In this document: in pieces, positions 56,901-64,000 of the stretch
Layout: the number at the start of each line of letters is the position of its first letter
How positions within the stretch are numbered: position 1 is the first letter of the stretch
Program-made: the position numbers and the translations under genes
Notes under the pieces: generated by a model
What the model was told of the DNA's origin: nothing
Database searches by the model: none
What the model saw: only the letters and a program-made list of their open reading frames with translations
Source of the DNA: Candidatus Omnitrophota bacterium
GTDB taxonomy: Bacteria; Omnitrophota; Gorgyraeia; Zapsychrales; Zapsychraceae
Reading direction: 5' to 3'
NCBI GenBank assembly: GCA_035292445.1
Contig: DATDQB010000010.1
Location: 3,563-67,562 of the forward strand
DNA length: 64,000 nucleotides

Positions 56901-59900
56901 GTGACAGCTCGGCCATCCTTGTCCCCATGCGCATGTTCATCATTTTTCCCAGCCTTTTGCCTTTGGGAAGAGGGAAATTACGGTTCAAGATGCCGTGCTG
57001 CAAACCTGTTTTGCCGACAAAATCACTGATATCAACGGCCACGCCGTCAAACTTGCTTGATGAATAGACCTTTCGAATTAAATTTTCGATATCTTTTTTT
57101 CTGAGCTGGACCTGGTTGACCTGGTACACAGGCCGCGTTCCGTCCCAAAGCCAGTGACTTTCCCGGTATTTTTCTTCGCGCCCTTCGACCATTTTGTAAC
57201 CGATAAACGCCATGGCCTTAACACTGCCATCCGTATTGTAATGGACCACCCATTCGACTTTGGAAAGACCGGCGCCGATCTTCATGCTTTCTATATGGTC
57301 CGCCCCCCACAGTTCACCATTGGGCAATGGAAAGGCAACGCGGATCTGCCCGGTCCGCAAATTCGATTCGCCCAAATATTTTGTGAGATCGATCTTTCTC
57401 CACGGCACATCCAGCGTTTCTTGATACAATTCCCTGACCTCATCCCCGTTTCCAGGTTTATACCTGTATTCATAAGCTTCGCCTGTCCATTCCCAATAGC
57501 TGCGCTCCATTTCATAATCTTTCTCATAGATCCTTTTGAAACCTATAAAAGTAATCCCCTTCACGTTCCCATCGGACAAAAAGTCGACCTTAAGCAAAAC
57601 TTTCGACAAATTCTTTCCGATCCTCATGAATTCTTGAAAGTCCCACGTCTTTCCGTTCGGCAACGGAAAGGTCCAGCCGATCTGGCCAGCCTTCAATTTT
57701 CCCGGCCCCAAATATTCCGTGATATCGACCGTGATCGACTTCTGTCCTTTTGAATTCCTATAAAACATCTTGATCAGCTCATCAGGGTCCTGAAATTCAA
57801 AATGCGTTCCGTTCCACAACGCATAACTCTTTCTGGTGATTGTCTGTTTTGACCTGTTCTTAGAAAGCCCGATAAAGCTCACAGCCTTAAGCTGGCCATC
57901 CGTAAAATGCGGCACCATTTTAACCTGTATCAATTTACCCCCCAGATGAATGCTACGCCTTTTGCCGCCCCACGAGGCGCCGTTGGGCAAAGGGAACATG
58001 TCCCTTACGATCCCGTATATCAAGTGATTCCGGCTAAAATGCTCCGTGATATCGAGTTCCATTCCGTCAAACCGCGCGTCCGTAAGATGCGCCTTGATCT
58101 TCTCATTAAGCTCCCTCATGAAATCGACGTATTCCAATTCCTCCCCGTCCCAGCGCCATAAGCTTCGGTTGTATTCTTCATGCTTTGAAGAACCGTTTTT
58201 CTTATAACCGATGAACATGACGCCCTGGATGTTTACCCGGTCAGGATCCCAAATCACTTTCATCTCCACACGCGATAGGTCTTTACCAAGCCTTAACTGA
58301 AGGAGCTCCCCCACGCGTTTGCCGCCGGGCAATAGGAACGCCGCCCTTAAAGACCCTCTTTTAAGGTTAAAGGGCGTCAATAAACGGGAAATATCAACGA
58401 CGACATCATGAAACTCGGGGTCTTGATAAATATGCTGGAGTTCATTGATATTATTCAGGGTCTTTACGAACCGCCCGTTCATCTGTTTGCGCTCGACTGA
58501 TATGATTTTACCGTTATTTTTTAGAATAACATGGCGGTCATAACTGTTGCCGTTGTTGACAAAAACGTTGGCGTTGACGGTCCACGTCGCATGATACAAA
58601 TGATCAAAGACCGTATCCCCTATCTGATAGAAACTGTCTTTGTTCACCATCATCGCCCGGTCAACGTTTTGCCCCTTGTCCATGACGGACGCGAAAGAAG
58701 AATCAAGCATCCCCAGATCACCTATGTAGAAAATGTTAGAATGCCCTTTTTCATTAAACGGATGCGGCACGTGGACAAACTCCAAATTGTTTTGTCTGAT
58801 GAATTCCTCCGCCCGCGTTTCTTTTTCCCTTAAACGATAATCCGCCAACCCGCTTTCTTCGGAAAGCAACACCCGCCAAATCGCCAATGAAGGATGCCGC
58901 TGTAGCCGACGCTTAAGTTCCCCAAAAAGTTCAAAAAACTTATCCGCTTTCATGTAATAGGAATGGTTCGCGAAGGATTCGTGCCCCAAAGGATTTCTTT
59001 CTACCCGATCGATAAACTCTTCCTCACTCACAACGCGAGGCGCATTGAACAAGTAAATATCCGCGTCCGGCTGCCGGGTGAAACCGTCCTGATAAAAAAT
59101 CTTTACGCTTGCGGCCGCGCTCGGCGGAATCTGTCCCGTTTCCAGAGCAAATTGAAAATTCCAGTTGGCTAACATCACATGCATCGGATTAATGTCCGTT
59201 GCCCAAACACTTTTTGCGCCGGACTTAAGGACATTAAGAAGATCAATTCCTGTCCCGACACCGATAATTCCTATGTCTTTCCCTTCAAAAATGCCCGGAT
59301 TATCCAGAACGGCCGTCTGAAAATCAACACTATGTTTATCAATCGTCTCAAACACGTCAAAATTGTCGATAGAAAACATGGTGAATATTCCGCTGGTTCC
59401 CCATATCTTTCTTAGTCGCTCCTGAATCGGTAAAACTACTTTATTTGTTGTACGTTTTAACCGTATCGTCTGCGCATATGGTTTGGGCGCCGGCGTTTCC
59501 GGGTAAAGGAACGGGATGGCGAGCTGTGCCAGCATACGGGCATTCAATGACAACGATTCTTCCGCAGAAACAATAGCTTCGGAGATATCAAATAGCAGAG
59601 GTTCGCCCGTCTTCCTTTGAAACATAATGCCGTAAGAAATAACTTTATGCTCTCCAAATAACGGAGTATTCCCTTCTAACGACAGAAGATACCCTTCAGG
59701 CGCCACATCCTCACCGTAAAGCAATGCTGAGAAAAAACGGACTCCATCCTCGGTGAAAGTAAGCGGTTCATACCACATCCTGGCGCCTTCGATCAATTCA
59801 GGAACGTCCAGAAAAATTTTATCCTTGTCTTTGTCCAAAAAAGAAAGAGAATCAATGATCTGGCGGCCCACCATCGCTTGATCCCTTACCCCAGCCCCCT

Positions 59901-62900
59901 CTTCATCGGTTATCGTTATAATCTTGATGGCCTCTTTGACCGATTTTCGTATGCTGGGGCCTTTTCTTTGGAGGCTGAGTGCGCTTAGATAAGGATATCC
60001 TGAGGCCGGCACCGATAGATTATCTGAGGTCGAGGCGATAATAACGGGCATCGACAACGACAACGCTTTTAACCCCTCGGCGATGGCAAGGGCGGAGCTC
60101 TCTTTGCCTACAACGACGTCAAAGGAGAACGGGTCCTCCGCGATCGTCTCCAGGGCCCGCTGTTCATTTTCGGCGTGAACGACGTTAAACTCTTCATTCA
60201 TGATATCCATCAGACGCCCCCGGCTTTGCGTCGCATCATCGACGATCAAGACCGTCCGGATCCTTGAAGTTACCCGGCGTTTTAACCCGCTTTCGATCCT
60301 GACGGTCAATTTCCGGTTTTCGATTGTCGCCGTAATGCCATCCTGGGCACGCAGCATCCGGGCCATCTCCGATACAACCGGCGAAAGCGGCTGTTCTTGC
60401 TGCCATAGCTCATCAAGCCTTTGGGGCATATCGCCACCCAGCAACTGCGCCCAATGGAACAAACTTGTCAAATAACCGTGCCCTATTTGCGCCTTCCCCG
60501 ATTCAAATTGTTCCAGGGGAACAGTAGCCAGCTGTCCGAGCAGCTCCAGCATATCGGTATCATCGATGTCTCTGATGAGCTTTCCTATCATGGCCCGGTC
60601 TTCCTGCCCGCCTTCTCCGATCAATTTTCTTTGATGATCAATAATCTGCCGTTTTACCCGCTCGTCAATGGCTGAAACGGCCTCGGCCCCCCGCGGGAAG
60701 CCGTATTCGTCATAATGGGCGGCAATCAGCACCAACTTTAAATCTTCCATCTCTTTCGAGGAAAAACCGGTATTATTAAGTAGATATAAGCTCAACCATT
60801 GTTTGATCTCTTCGCCGTAGTACCATTGGGAGGCCTCTCGGCCGAAATCTCCGGAGATCTTCTGCCACTGCCTGGGCGTCAACCGGCTTAAATTCTTAGA
60901 AAACAGAATAACGGGAAGCGGCATTTCGGCGCCGGGGCCGTACACATTTTCCAAAGCCACTTCAGACCCATCAACCGGTTCACGCCGGCTGTTAAGGAGT
61001 TTATCAAGGTTCAGCTCCAGCCTGCGCTTTAAGACCTGCTCAACCGATTCCGGGTGTTCACGCAAGTATCGAAGGTTGACCGTATCCCCCTTGCTATCAG
61101 CAAGAATTATATTGCCCGCCAGAAGATCGTTGATGATCTCAAGCAAAACCCTCAACCCCATGGCCGGATGGGCCAACCGTCTTTCGTATTCAAGCAAAGC
61201 GTAACCGATAATATTGTATTTGCTCTTGTAGCCGTCCTCGGCCGTTCCCAGCACGTTCCAGTTGAGATCAAGCGACGCCAGCGCGTTGAAAACTTCCACC
61301 AACACGGACACAAAAAGTTCGCTCCGCGAGAGCGGGGAATCCCCGTTAATGAACTGGGCCTTAAATTGCTGGCCGTACTCTTTGCCCAGGCCGATCTGTG
61401 GATCTTGGCTCAGAGCGTATCCCGCATGCAATTTATCAATATCAAAGATCGACTCGTCATCCTGGTTATAGACCTCGATGGTCGCGATCTTGTTCTTGAC
61501 GGAAATGAACCGGGTGATGTCAAAAGGAGGCATGAAGAATTCTGTCTTCTTTCCCGAACGAACCCAAAGACGTTCCCGGACCTCGTTCATGAGCTCGTCA
61601 TAATCAAAACTGCCCGTTTGCCTTTTGACTTCCCCAAATGCCTGGTCAAAACTCGATGCAACGGTTTCCGACCAATGCGCGATCGGTTCTGTCCAATCAA
61701 GGCTCATATCGAACGTTGAACGGTTGACGACCCTAAAGTGTGTTTCCCCCGTCTTTGAGGCCGCGATCATCACGGACATAAAAACTTCTTGCGGGGCGAT
61801 TTTGTAAAGACTTACATCATTTCTGTCTCTGCCGAAATAATAGAGGGTGTCGGACTTAAGCTGCCAGCCCTTTGACATCTGGCTCCCATCACCGTTGAAG
61901 CGCCGGAAAATGATCTGGCCGTCTTCGATAAAAAGCTTAAAATGATATTCCCCGAACTGGATGGTGATCACATTGACGAATTTTGAACTCATGCTGTTAT
62001 CGGGAGCAACGTTTTCTGACCTGTCACTAAGCATGGCGTTGTCTTCGCCCATCGCGCCCTTTGGTTCGGGGCCGAAATAATCGCGGGCGATCTCCAGCCG
62101 CCGGATCACTTCGTCCATTTCGGGACGGTCTTCCATCTTTTCTGCCGTCATGCCTTCAATAAGCGCCTTTAAGCCGCTGTTCTCCCAATCGGCTGTCGAG
62201 ATCCTTTCCGTCTGGTCACTGAACACGGTACGTATCGTTTTGCCGAGCCCGTAAACATCGGAGCGTGGCACTTTAACTTTTTCGGGGGCTACATAATCAT
62301 CTGCGCCCCAATCCGTTTCCTGGCCGATAACGGTAGCGATGCCGTAATCGATGAGAAATATCTCTCCGTCATCATCAAACAATATATGCTCCGGTTTAAC
62401 GTCGTTATGGACGAGACCGGAGCGCTCGTGCAGTTGTTTCAGTATCTCCGCGGCCTTGAGAATAACTTCTATTTGATGTTGGGGCCACAACCTCCTGAAA
62501 ATACTCGATTCAATCGTCAAAGCATGGGCCGGTCCTCTCGTCTTGATGAAGATCCACCCTTTTTCATTGACCTGGATGGACAATAATCGCGGCACGCCTT
62601 CGATACCGGCCTTTCCTATGATGTCCAGCGCCTGCGCTTCGTTGAGCGTGCGGTCATTGAAGCCGGTCTTATAAAAAATATCCGGCGGGTCATTGAGCTG
62701 TTGCAAGACCTCTCCAGCGCCGCCCGCACCGACATCTCTTTTTTCATCATAATTAAAAGAATACGCCTCCAAATAACCTTTTAATCGGGGATCGGCGCTG
62801 ATAAGCGCAATTGATCCCTGGTAAGTAGGGACGACCATCGCCTGATCGGGCAGGCCTTCGCCTTCAGGCTTTAAACCGACCGAGGCGATGAGGGCGTGGT

Positions 62901-64000
62901 CAAGATTATCCCTGACCTGCAAGGCATGGCGGGGATCATTGGAAACCACCATTGCCGCATCTAAGGCTATCCCCATCTGGGCGCCGCCGGAGAAATATTT
63001 GCGCGGGATGATCTCTTGGGTCGCCGGGTCATAGTCTTCTTTGATGTAATTGTAAACGCCGGTCTTGAAAGCCTCGAGGTACTGCTCATAGATCTTTTGT
63101 TTAATCTGCTTGTCCTCAACGTCAACGCCCTCAGTCTTATTTTGATCAACGTAGATCTTATTTAAAAGATGGTTATAAAGTGTCCGCTTGAACCAAGTCG
63201 CTAAGATCATGGAATGATAAATCTGCCGCAAATTAGCGAAGTTCTCACCTTCATTCACTTCCTTCTCGATCTCGGGAAGGATGATTTCACGGATGATTTC
63301 AGAACCAAGGTTATTTGTTTCTGCGGAAATCCCTCGCTGGTCATCGTTGGTTGGCAGATCAGCTCGGGACGTTGCGCTGTTTAAATTTTGTTGCAGCGCA
63401 ACGTAATCCTCTTCCAACATGACCTTCAAATACGCCTCAACGACAAAGGCCGTATCGCCGTTCTCGTACACAATCGCTTTTTCCGGTACGATCCACACTT
63501 TATTAAAGGTGTTGACCGGGATATCCGTTATGCCGAAACGTTCGTAAGCCAGCTTGTGCACTTTCTTCCAGAACTTCTCCCCCAATTCTTTCTCGGGATA
63601 AATGAGGCTCGCGGTCAGTTGTTTCAGAATATAATCTTGCGCGAGTAAGTCGCGGCCCATTTCGGTGACACCAAAACTTTCCGGGATGATGCGGTCTTTT
63701 TCATAGGGCGAAAGGTTCACCCACATTTCTTCTTTGGGCACTGTCAAGCTGGCAAGAAAATATTTAACCAACCTATCAGCTTCCTGGCGCAAGGCCTCAT
63801 CCTGCAGCTGGTTGTCGGCAAGATCAATAATGAAATCAAAATGAAGTGGATTCTGGGGATCGATCTTGATGCCTTTAAGAAGAGGCGGGACAAATCCGGG
63901 TGTGGGCGCCAGCATGATCCCGGGCGCGGGCAATGGGATCATCGGCTGGGCAAAGCTTATCCGCGGCGGCATTAAACCCGTTATACTGAAAGTTATAACG
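50935..64000 (-). CDS. Giant exported modular polyprotein B (>4345 aa, 5'-partial): N-domain / Ser-Thr kinase / unknown / REC-like / MTase / 5x repeat / GNAT / unknown / MTase / unknown / large unknown / HPr / C-cap, delimited by D-x-A-M
   Basis: Frame stays open to the window edge (..VITFSITGLMPPRISFA|QP, signal-peptide-like). Kinase HNDVKPEH, IDYG, APE; MTases IGVGTG..TDINP..FNAP and LEIGPG..LKPGG; GNAT VAVDP; HPr GVHIRPA. Termini paralogous to 11218-15318. Confidence 0.88.
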   Translation of the reverse strand, partial: VITFSITGLMPPRISFAQPMIPLPAPGIMLAPTPGFVPPLLKGIKIDPQNPLHFDFIIDLADNQLQDEALRQEADRLVKYFLASLTVPKEEMWVNLSPYEKDRIIPESFGVTEMGRDLLAQDYILKQLTASLIYPEKELGEKFWKKVHKLAYERFGITDIPVNTFNKVWIVPEKAIVYENGDTAFVVEAYLKVMLEEDYVALQQNLNSATSRADLPTNDDQRGISAETNNLGSEIIREIILPEIEKEVNEGENFANLRQIYHSMILATWFKRTLYNHLLNKIYVDQNKTEGVDVEDKQIKQKIYEQYLEAFKTGVYNYIKEDYDPATQEIIPRKYFSGGAQMGIALDAAMVVSNDPRHALQVRDNLDHALIASVGLKPEGEGLPDQAMVVPTYQGSIALISADPRLKGYLEAYSFNYDEKRDVGAGGAGEVLQQLNDPPDIFYKTGFNDRTLNEAQALDIIGKAGIEGVPRLLSIQVNEKGWIFIKTRGPAHALTIESSIFRRLWPQHQIEVILKAAEILKQLHERSGLVHNDVKPEHILFDDDGEIFLIDYGIATVIGQETDWGADDYVAPEKVKVPRSDVYGLGKTIRTVFSDQTERISTADWENSGLKALIEGMTAEKMEDRPEMDEVIRRLEIARDYFGPEPKGAMGEDNAMLSDRSENVAPDNSMSSKFVNVITIQFGEYHFKLFIEDGQIIFRRFNGDGSQMSKGWQLKSDTLYYFGRDRNDVSLYKIAPQEVFMSVMIAASKTGETHFRVVNRSTFDMSLDWTEPIAHWSETVASSFDQAFGEVKRQTGSFDYDELMNEVRERLWVRSGKKTEFFMPPFDITRFISVKNKIATIEVYNQDDESIFDIDKLHAGYALSQDPQIGLGKEYGQQFKAQFINGDSPLSRSELFVSVLVEVFNALASLDLNWNVLGTAEDGYKSKYNIIGYALLEYERRLAHPAMGLRVLLEIINDLLAGNIILADSKGDTVNLRYLREHPESVEQVLKRRLELNLDKLLNSRREPVDGSEVALENVYGPGAEMPLPVILFSKNLSRLTPRQWQKISGDFGREASQWYYGEEIKQWLSLYLLNNTGFSSKEMEDLKLVLIAAHYDEYGFPRGAEAVSAIDERVKRQIIDHQRKLIGEGGQEDRAMIGKLIRDIDDTDMLELLGQLATVPLEQFESGKAQIGHGYLTSLFHWAQLLGGDMPQRLDELWQQEQPLSPVVSEMARMLRAQDGITATIENRKLTVRIESGLKRRVTSRIRTVLIVDDATQSRGRLMDIMNEEFNVVHAENEQRALETIAEDPFSFDVVVGKESSALAIAEGLKALSLSMPVIIASTSDNLSVPASGYPYLSALSLQRKGPSIRKSVKEAIKIITITDEEGAGVRDQAMVGRQIIDSLSFLDKDKDKIFLDVPELIEGARMWYEPLTFTEDGVRFFSALLYGEDVAPEGYLLSLEGNTPLFGEHKVISYGIMFQRKTGEPLLFDISEAIVSAEESLSLNARMLAQLAIPFLYPETPAPKPYAQTIRLKRTTNKVVLPIQERLRKIWGTSGIFTMFSIDNFDVFETIDKHSVDFQTAVLDNPGIFEGKDIGIIGVGTGIDLLNVLKSGAKSVWATDINPMHVMLANWNFQFALETGQIPPSAAASVKIFYQDGFTRQPDADIYLFNAPRVVSEEEFIDRVERNPLGHESFANHSYYMKADKFFELFGELKRRLQRHPSLAIWRVLLSEESGLADYRLREKETRAEEFIRQNNLEFVHVPHPFNEKGHSNIFYIGDLGMLDSSFASVMDKGQNVDRAMMVNKDSFYQIGDTVFDHLYHATWTVNANVFVNNGNSYDRHVILKNNGKIISVERKQMNGRFVKTLNNINELQHIYQDPEFHDVVVDISRLLTPFNLKRGSLRAAFLLPGGKRVGELLQLRLGKDLSRVEMKVIWDPDRVNIQGVMFIGYKKNGSSKHEEYNRSLWRWDGEELEYVDFMRELNEKIKAHLTDARFDGMELDITEHFSRNHLIYGIVRDMFPLPNGASWGGKRRSIHLGGKLIQVKMVPHFTDGQLKAVSFIGLSKNRSKQTITRKSYALWNGTHFEFQDPDELIKMFYRNSKGQKSITVDITEYLGPGKLKAGQIGWTFPLPNGKTWDFQEFMRIGKNLSKVLLKVDFLSDGNVKGITFIGFKRIYEKDYEMERSYWEWTGEAYEYRYKPGNGDEVRELYQETLDVPWRKIDLTKYLGESNLRTGQIRVAFPLPNGELWGADHIESMKIGAGLSKVEWVVHYNTDGSVKAMAFIGYKMVEGREEKYRESHWLWDGTRPVYQVNQVQLRKKDIENLIRKVYSSSKFDGVAVDISDFVGKTGLQHGILNRNFPLPKGKRLGKMMNMRMGTRMAELSRLEIMAHYEGQKRPQSISLVGYRGLEGQERKAATTKWRLNEEGMPEFQEALAGDAAMVGDGYDVAPGHSKVFAGEQIDGMPAAEWLERHDELVVKGERLKLVPLTRELLLQEAPEFLRLLNLIAADQTFSLQQDVIELADDPNRFDPQLSFAVLNELGKPVAVALSHPKIQKGKAYIPVKPIRSIYFSKVAVDPYFQWTAVILWLLHRHDANAVMKGYIDAYWESSLKVIPAKLGTERTDPFYKKIEGNIIRRMEARPGAEIPMPYYIFQRNLGESAQLLARQFVSEYNQQRAVEAVTDMEVLKLAQRLLKQEISTHDDEYLKSPYYAEILKLFGADNEDIHDIVVHKVRSGVLLKIVGYRMGELILAAQKAADQSDSDARLPEADSVGVPTERSERRDRVMLVSLKNLTQEPGEQVVSVWAKLQQLNRGGTKRLTNARHMLIDEARRPGFGVVKWEGYHTGTAEFLARQGLLQKEGPDGKGPQHERLGAYRMPSLVRNVVLSSIHGKNNDALELRFESPYAADNAMAAIEEIREIILTKTEYAHPDFEMADVMYFDSSVLPELREVLERYQPIAALILEELQRIIGQYDFYTLDWVVFRLFELKEEGFVITAHNLQRVIEESIALIPPEGYEPSIYGPGLFKSYFNYLDGFFSGTSDYIAGYLTNLDRVWEGIDALEIGPGRDSRMIPWLKEKGATITAGDLSWRGARLARRIYGVKAERMDILKLSALPKKFDVIVAASVLYYALTDQGGVWSQERTGLFIEGLKDILKPGGILAATFYHRETDYGKKVDHRMPAFVKKQFTQAGFVIEEGHNGQLVVFQHAIDMGQSVDHAMVAVMIVKEVFASEIALILGIGIQDIIIDDPDTHVIRRLTEFEDGRYMRAGEEFTIDTFKMEEELTINEIRNRLIAAGILVRDIRPSDIAIVDDELVRLPAEPEPPVPEEMMVFEEERFEEMPQPRGRVPNAFDDRAMVGDSSLRNIKRSLAIGSILAGSILAQEHAGKPTETLEFLREKIEVAQTANPSLIPLIEDFEPAVREWILLNIGAAVFSNEELNLFNEYVRGALYNLSLQEQIFALEHINIAQWIRSENIASIGLWLVPTLPYLELSGNTIVNVPGGLRLWQEMMGPHITEENLIENISYDFEAIQIFYYMARLSKKRQDILLEGFDVDSMYHAVKVDRSDISHRNVILQLAGIVHRWTGDEQILREGLGLMMQYPQYNVMFQVFDLINITKIEAIRQFIRRMEAIDRIEDRQRQSVYLQHFQGAVYILSKISKNNLFSVVESEQLFLSLVGVENLDGYQSWLQRELVPRLRNRLGAYPAYSQEFIDGLTDQDILIYALLDYHQAGRYSVSVQAEADRINAILVQQDIDKDDLGEFLLGLSYAKNLQFFDNSYLRQLPNGLIKRHVWFPYFGSPWSGGGFATYEEGVPPWAGGNITEPTVTGGLFLLGSELSHLYEYMIFERHGIPYRDSTAHNPEISDRLGFVFMSRPSSINLFTQSLAVVNHRVELAKEVLTARGLNNRVVRSYLVRILGNRRSDQVIAQSGISMENVITVLTPSELYYLGKLFEQERISRNTENKKKLEDMEHALIVSGETPESIQKDIDQVIGVSAKEILLSHSNYLSDEILRPYEQQEGAHLIGTRISADLNIQLALLMFNQDISYGALSYIHGKAFRYVIENVGRETNWSRYVEAIRSITQEDILGWFEELKEEGLIIERGAGNDRARPMGEASLGGAERRAVTSENRSDRAMVGARGFDELNEDNSAEEAVEVAIAAGVHIRPAERIIELMHRYPGNSLVLGVGGESEVISEVTDIISLGLVRGDQVVIKVDGPQARDLLERIVKILTIDEYGWDLGMGTEVDDEAMVARPPEAGEVSPESEILAEGKDVGGIDMNPDMLELQTQGQGMDLQFDPAILETMPITGFTPIIYSITPVTNLPLLLGIADDEPQPLAEGNGLGFELSKAIRQEKVIRTSGYQDIRLIPDNQIP

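Noticed and set aside
61700-61900. Possible FHA domain after the kinase module (YYFGRD...VVNRS)
   Set aside because: Only the GR is present and the SxxH motif is missing; too weak to call.
243-63648. The many + strand ORFs and short alternate-frame - strand ORFs in the track (e.g. 36776-37678, 57154-57753, 61054-61719)
   Set aside because: They are antisense or out-of-frame shadows of well-supported genes, with no recognisable motifs.
50935-64000. Polyprotein B as a MARTX/RTX/RHS/CDI toxin, an intein-containing protein, or an NRPS/PKS
   Set aside because: No GGxGxD or YD repeats, CPD, Hint (C...HN) or A/C/KS domain motifs were seen, and there is no adjacent transporter or immunity gene.
50935-64000. 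Giant ORF as an artefact of stop-codon reassignment, or D-x-A-M Met residues as ordinary separate gene starts
   Set aside because: The frame is open under the standard code, neighbouring genes use TAA, TAG and TGA normally, and the junctions have no stops or consistent Shine-Dalgarno. Internal initiation is not formally excluded.
1-64000. tRNA, rRNA, transposase or integrase genes
   Set aside because: None recognised; intergenic gaps are short and explained by promoters and repeats. A covariance-model scan was not possible.

Overview
Bacterial chromosomal segment with almost every gene on the minus strand (only rpmB is on +). It is mostly housekeeping and metabolism (pyk, rfaD, malQ/GH57, folA-thyA, hflKC, gpmA, fbaB, recJ, argS, trpAB, lemA-HtpX). 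Gene style and the giant ORFs suggest a PVC-superphylum organism, possibly Omnitrophota (inference only). The main find is two paralogous, apparently exported modular 'polyproteins': 1366 aa at 11218-15318 and >4345 aa at 50935-64000, the second running off the window. They share a ~340-aa N-terminal domain and a ~100-aa C-terminal cap but carry different strings of cargo domains: Ser/Thr kinase, PP2C phosphatase, HATPase, receiver-like, two SAM methyltransferases, GNAT, HPr, a 5x repeat domain and unknowns. Cargo boundaries are marked by a D-x-A-M motif (17 exact copies plus variants), suggesting a cassette-built, processed effector system. Also found: (1) a PadR-linked operon resembling a DHAP-shunt/fluorometabolite-type route with lipid-handling additions (acyl-CoA ligase, aldolase-SCP2 fusion); (2) an unannotated 56-aa gene resembling the crenarchaeal chromatin protein CC1; (3) GTAG-type palindromic repeats inserted in-frame in genes or supplying stop codons; (4) six inverted 7/8-mer tandem arrays. 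No rRNA, tRNA, CRISPR array or transposase was recognised. All homology calls come from motif reading, not database searches.
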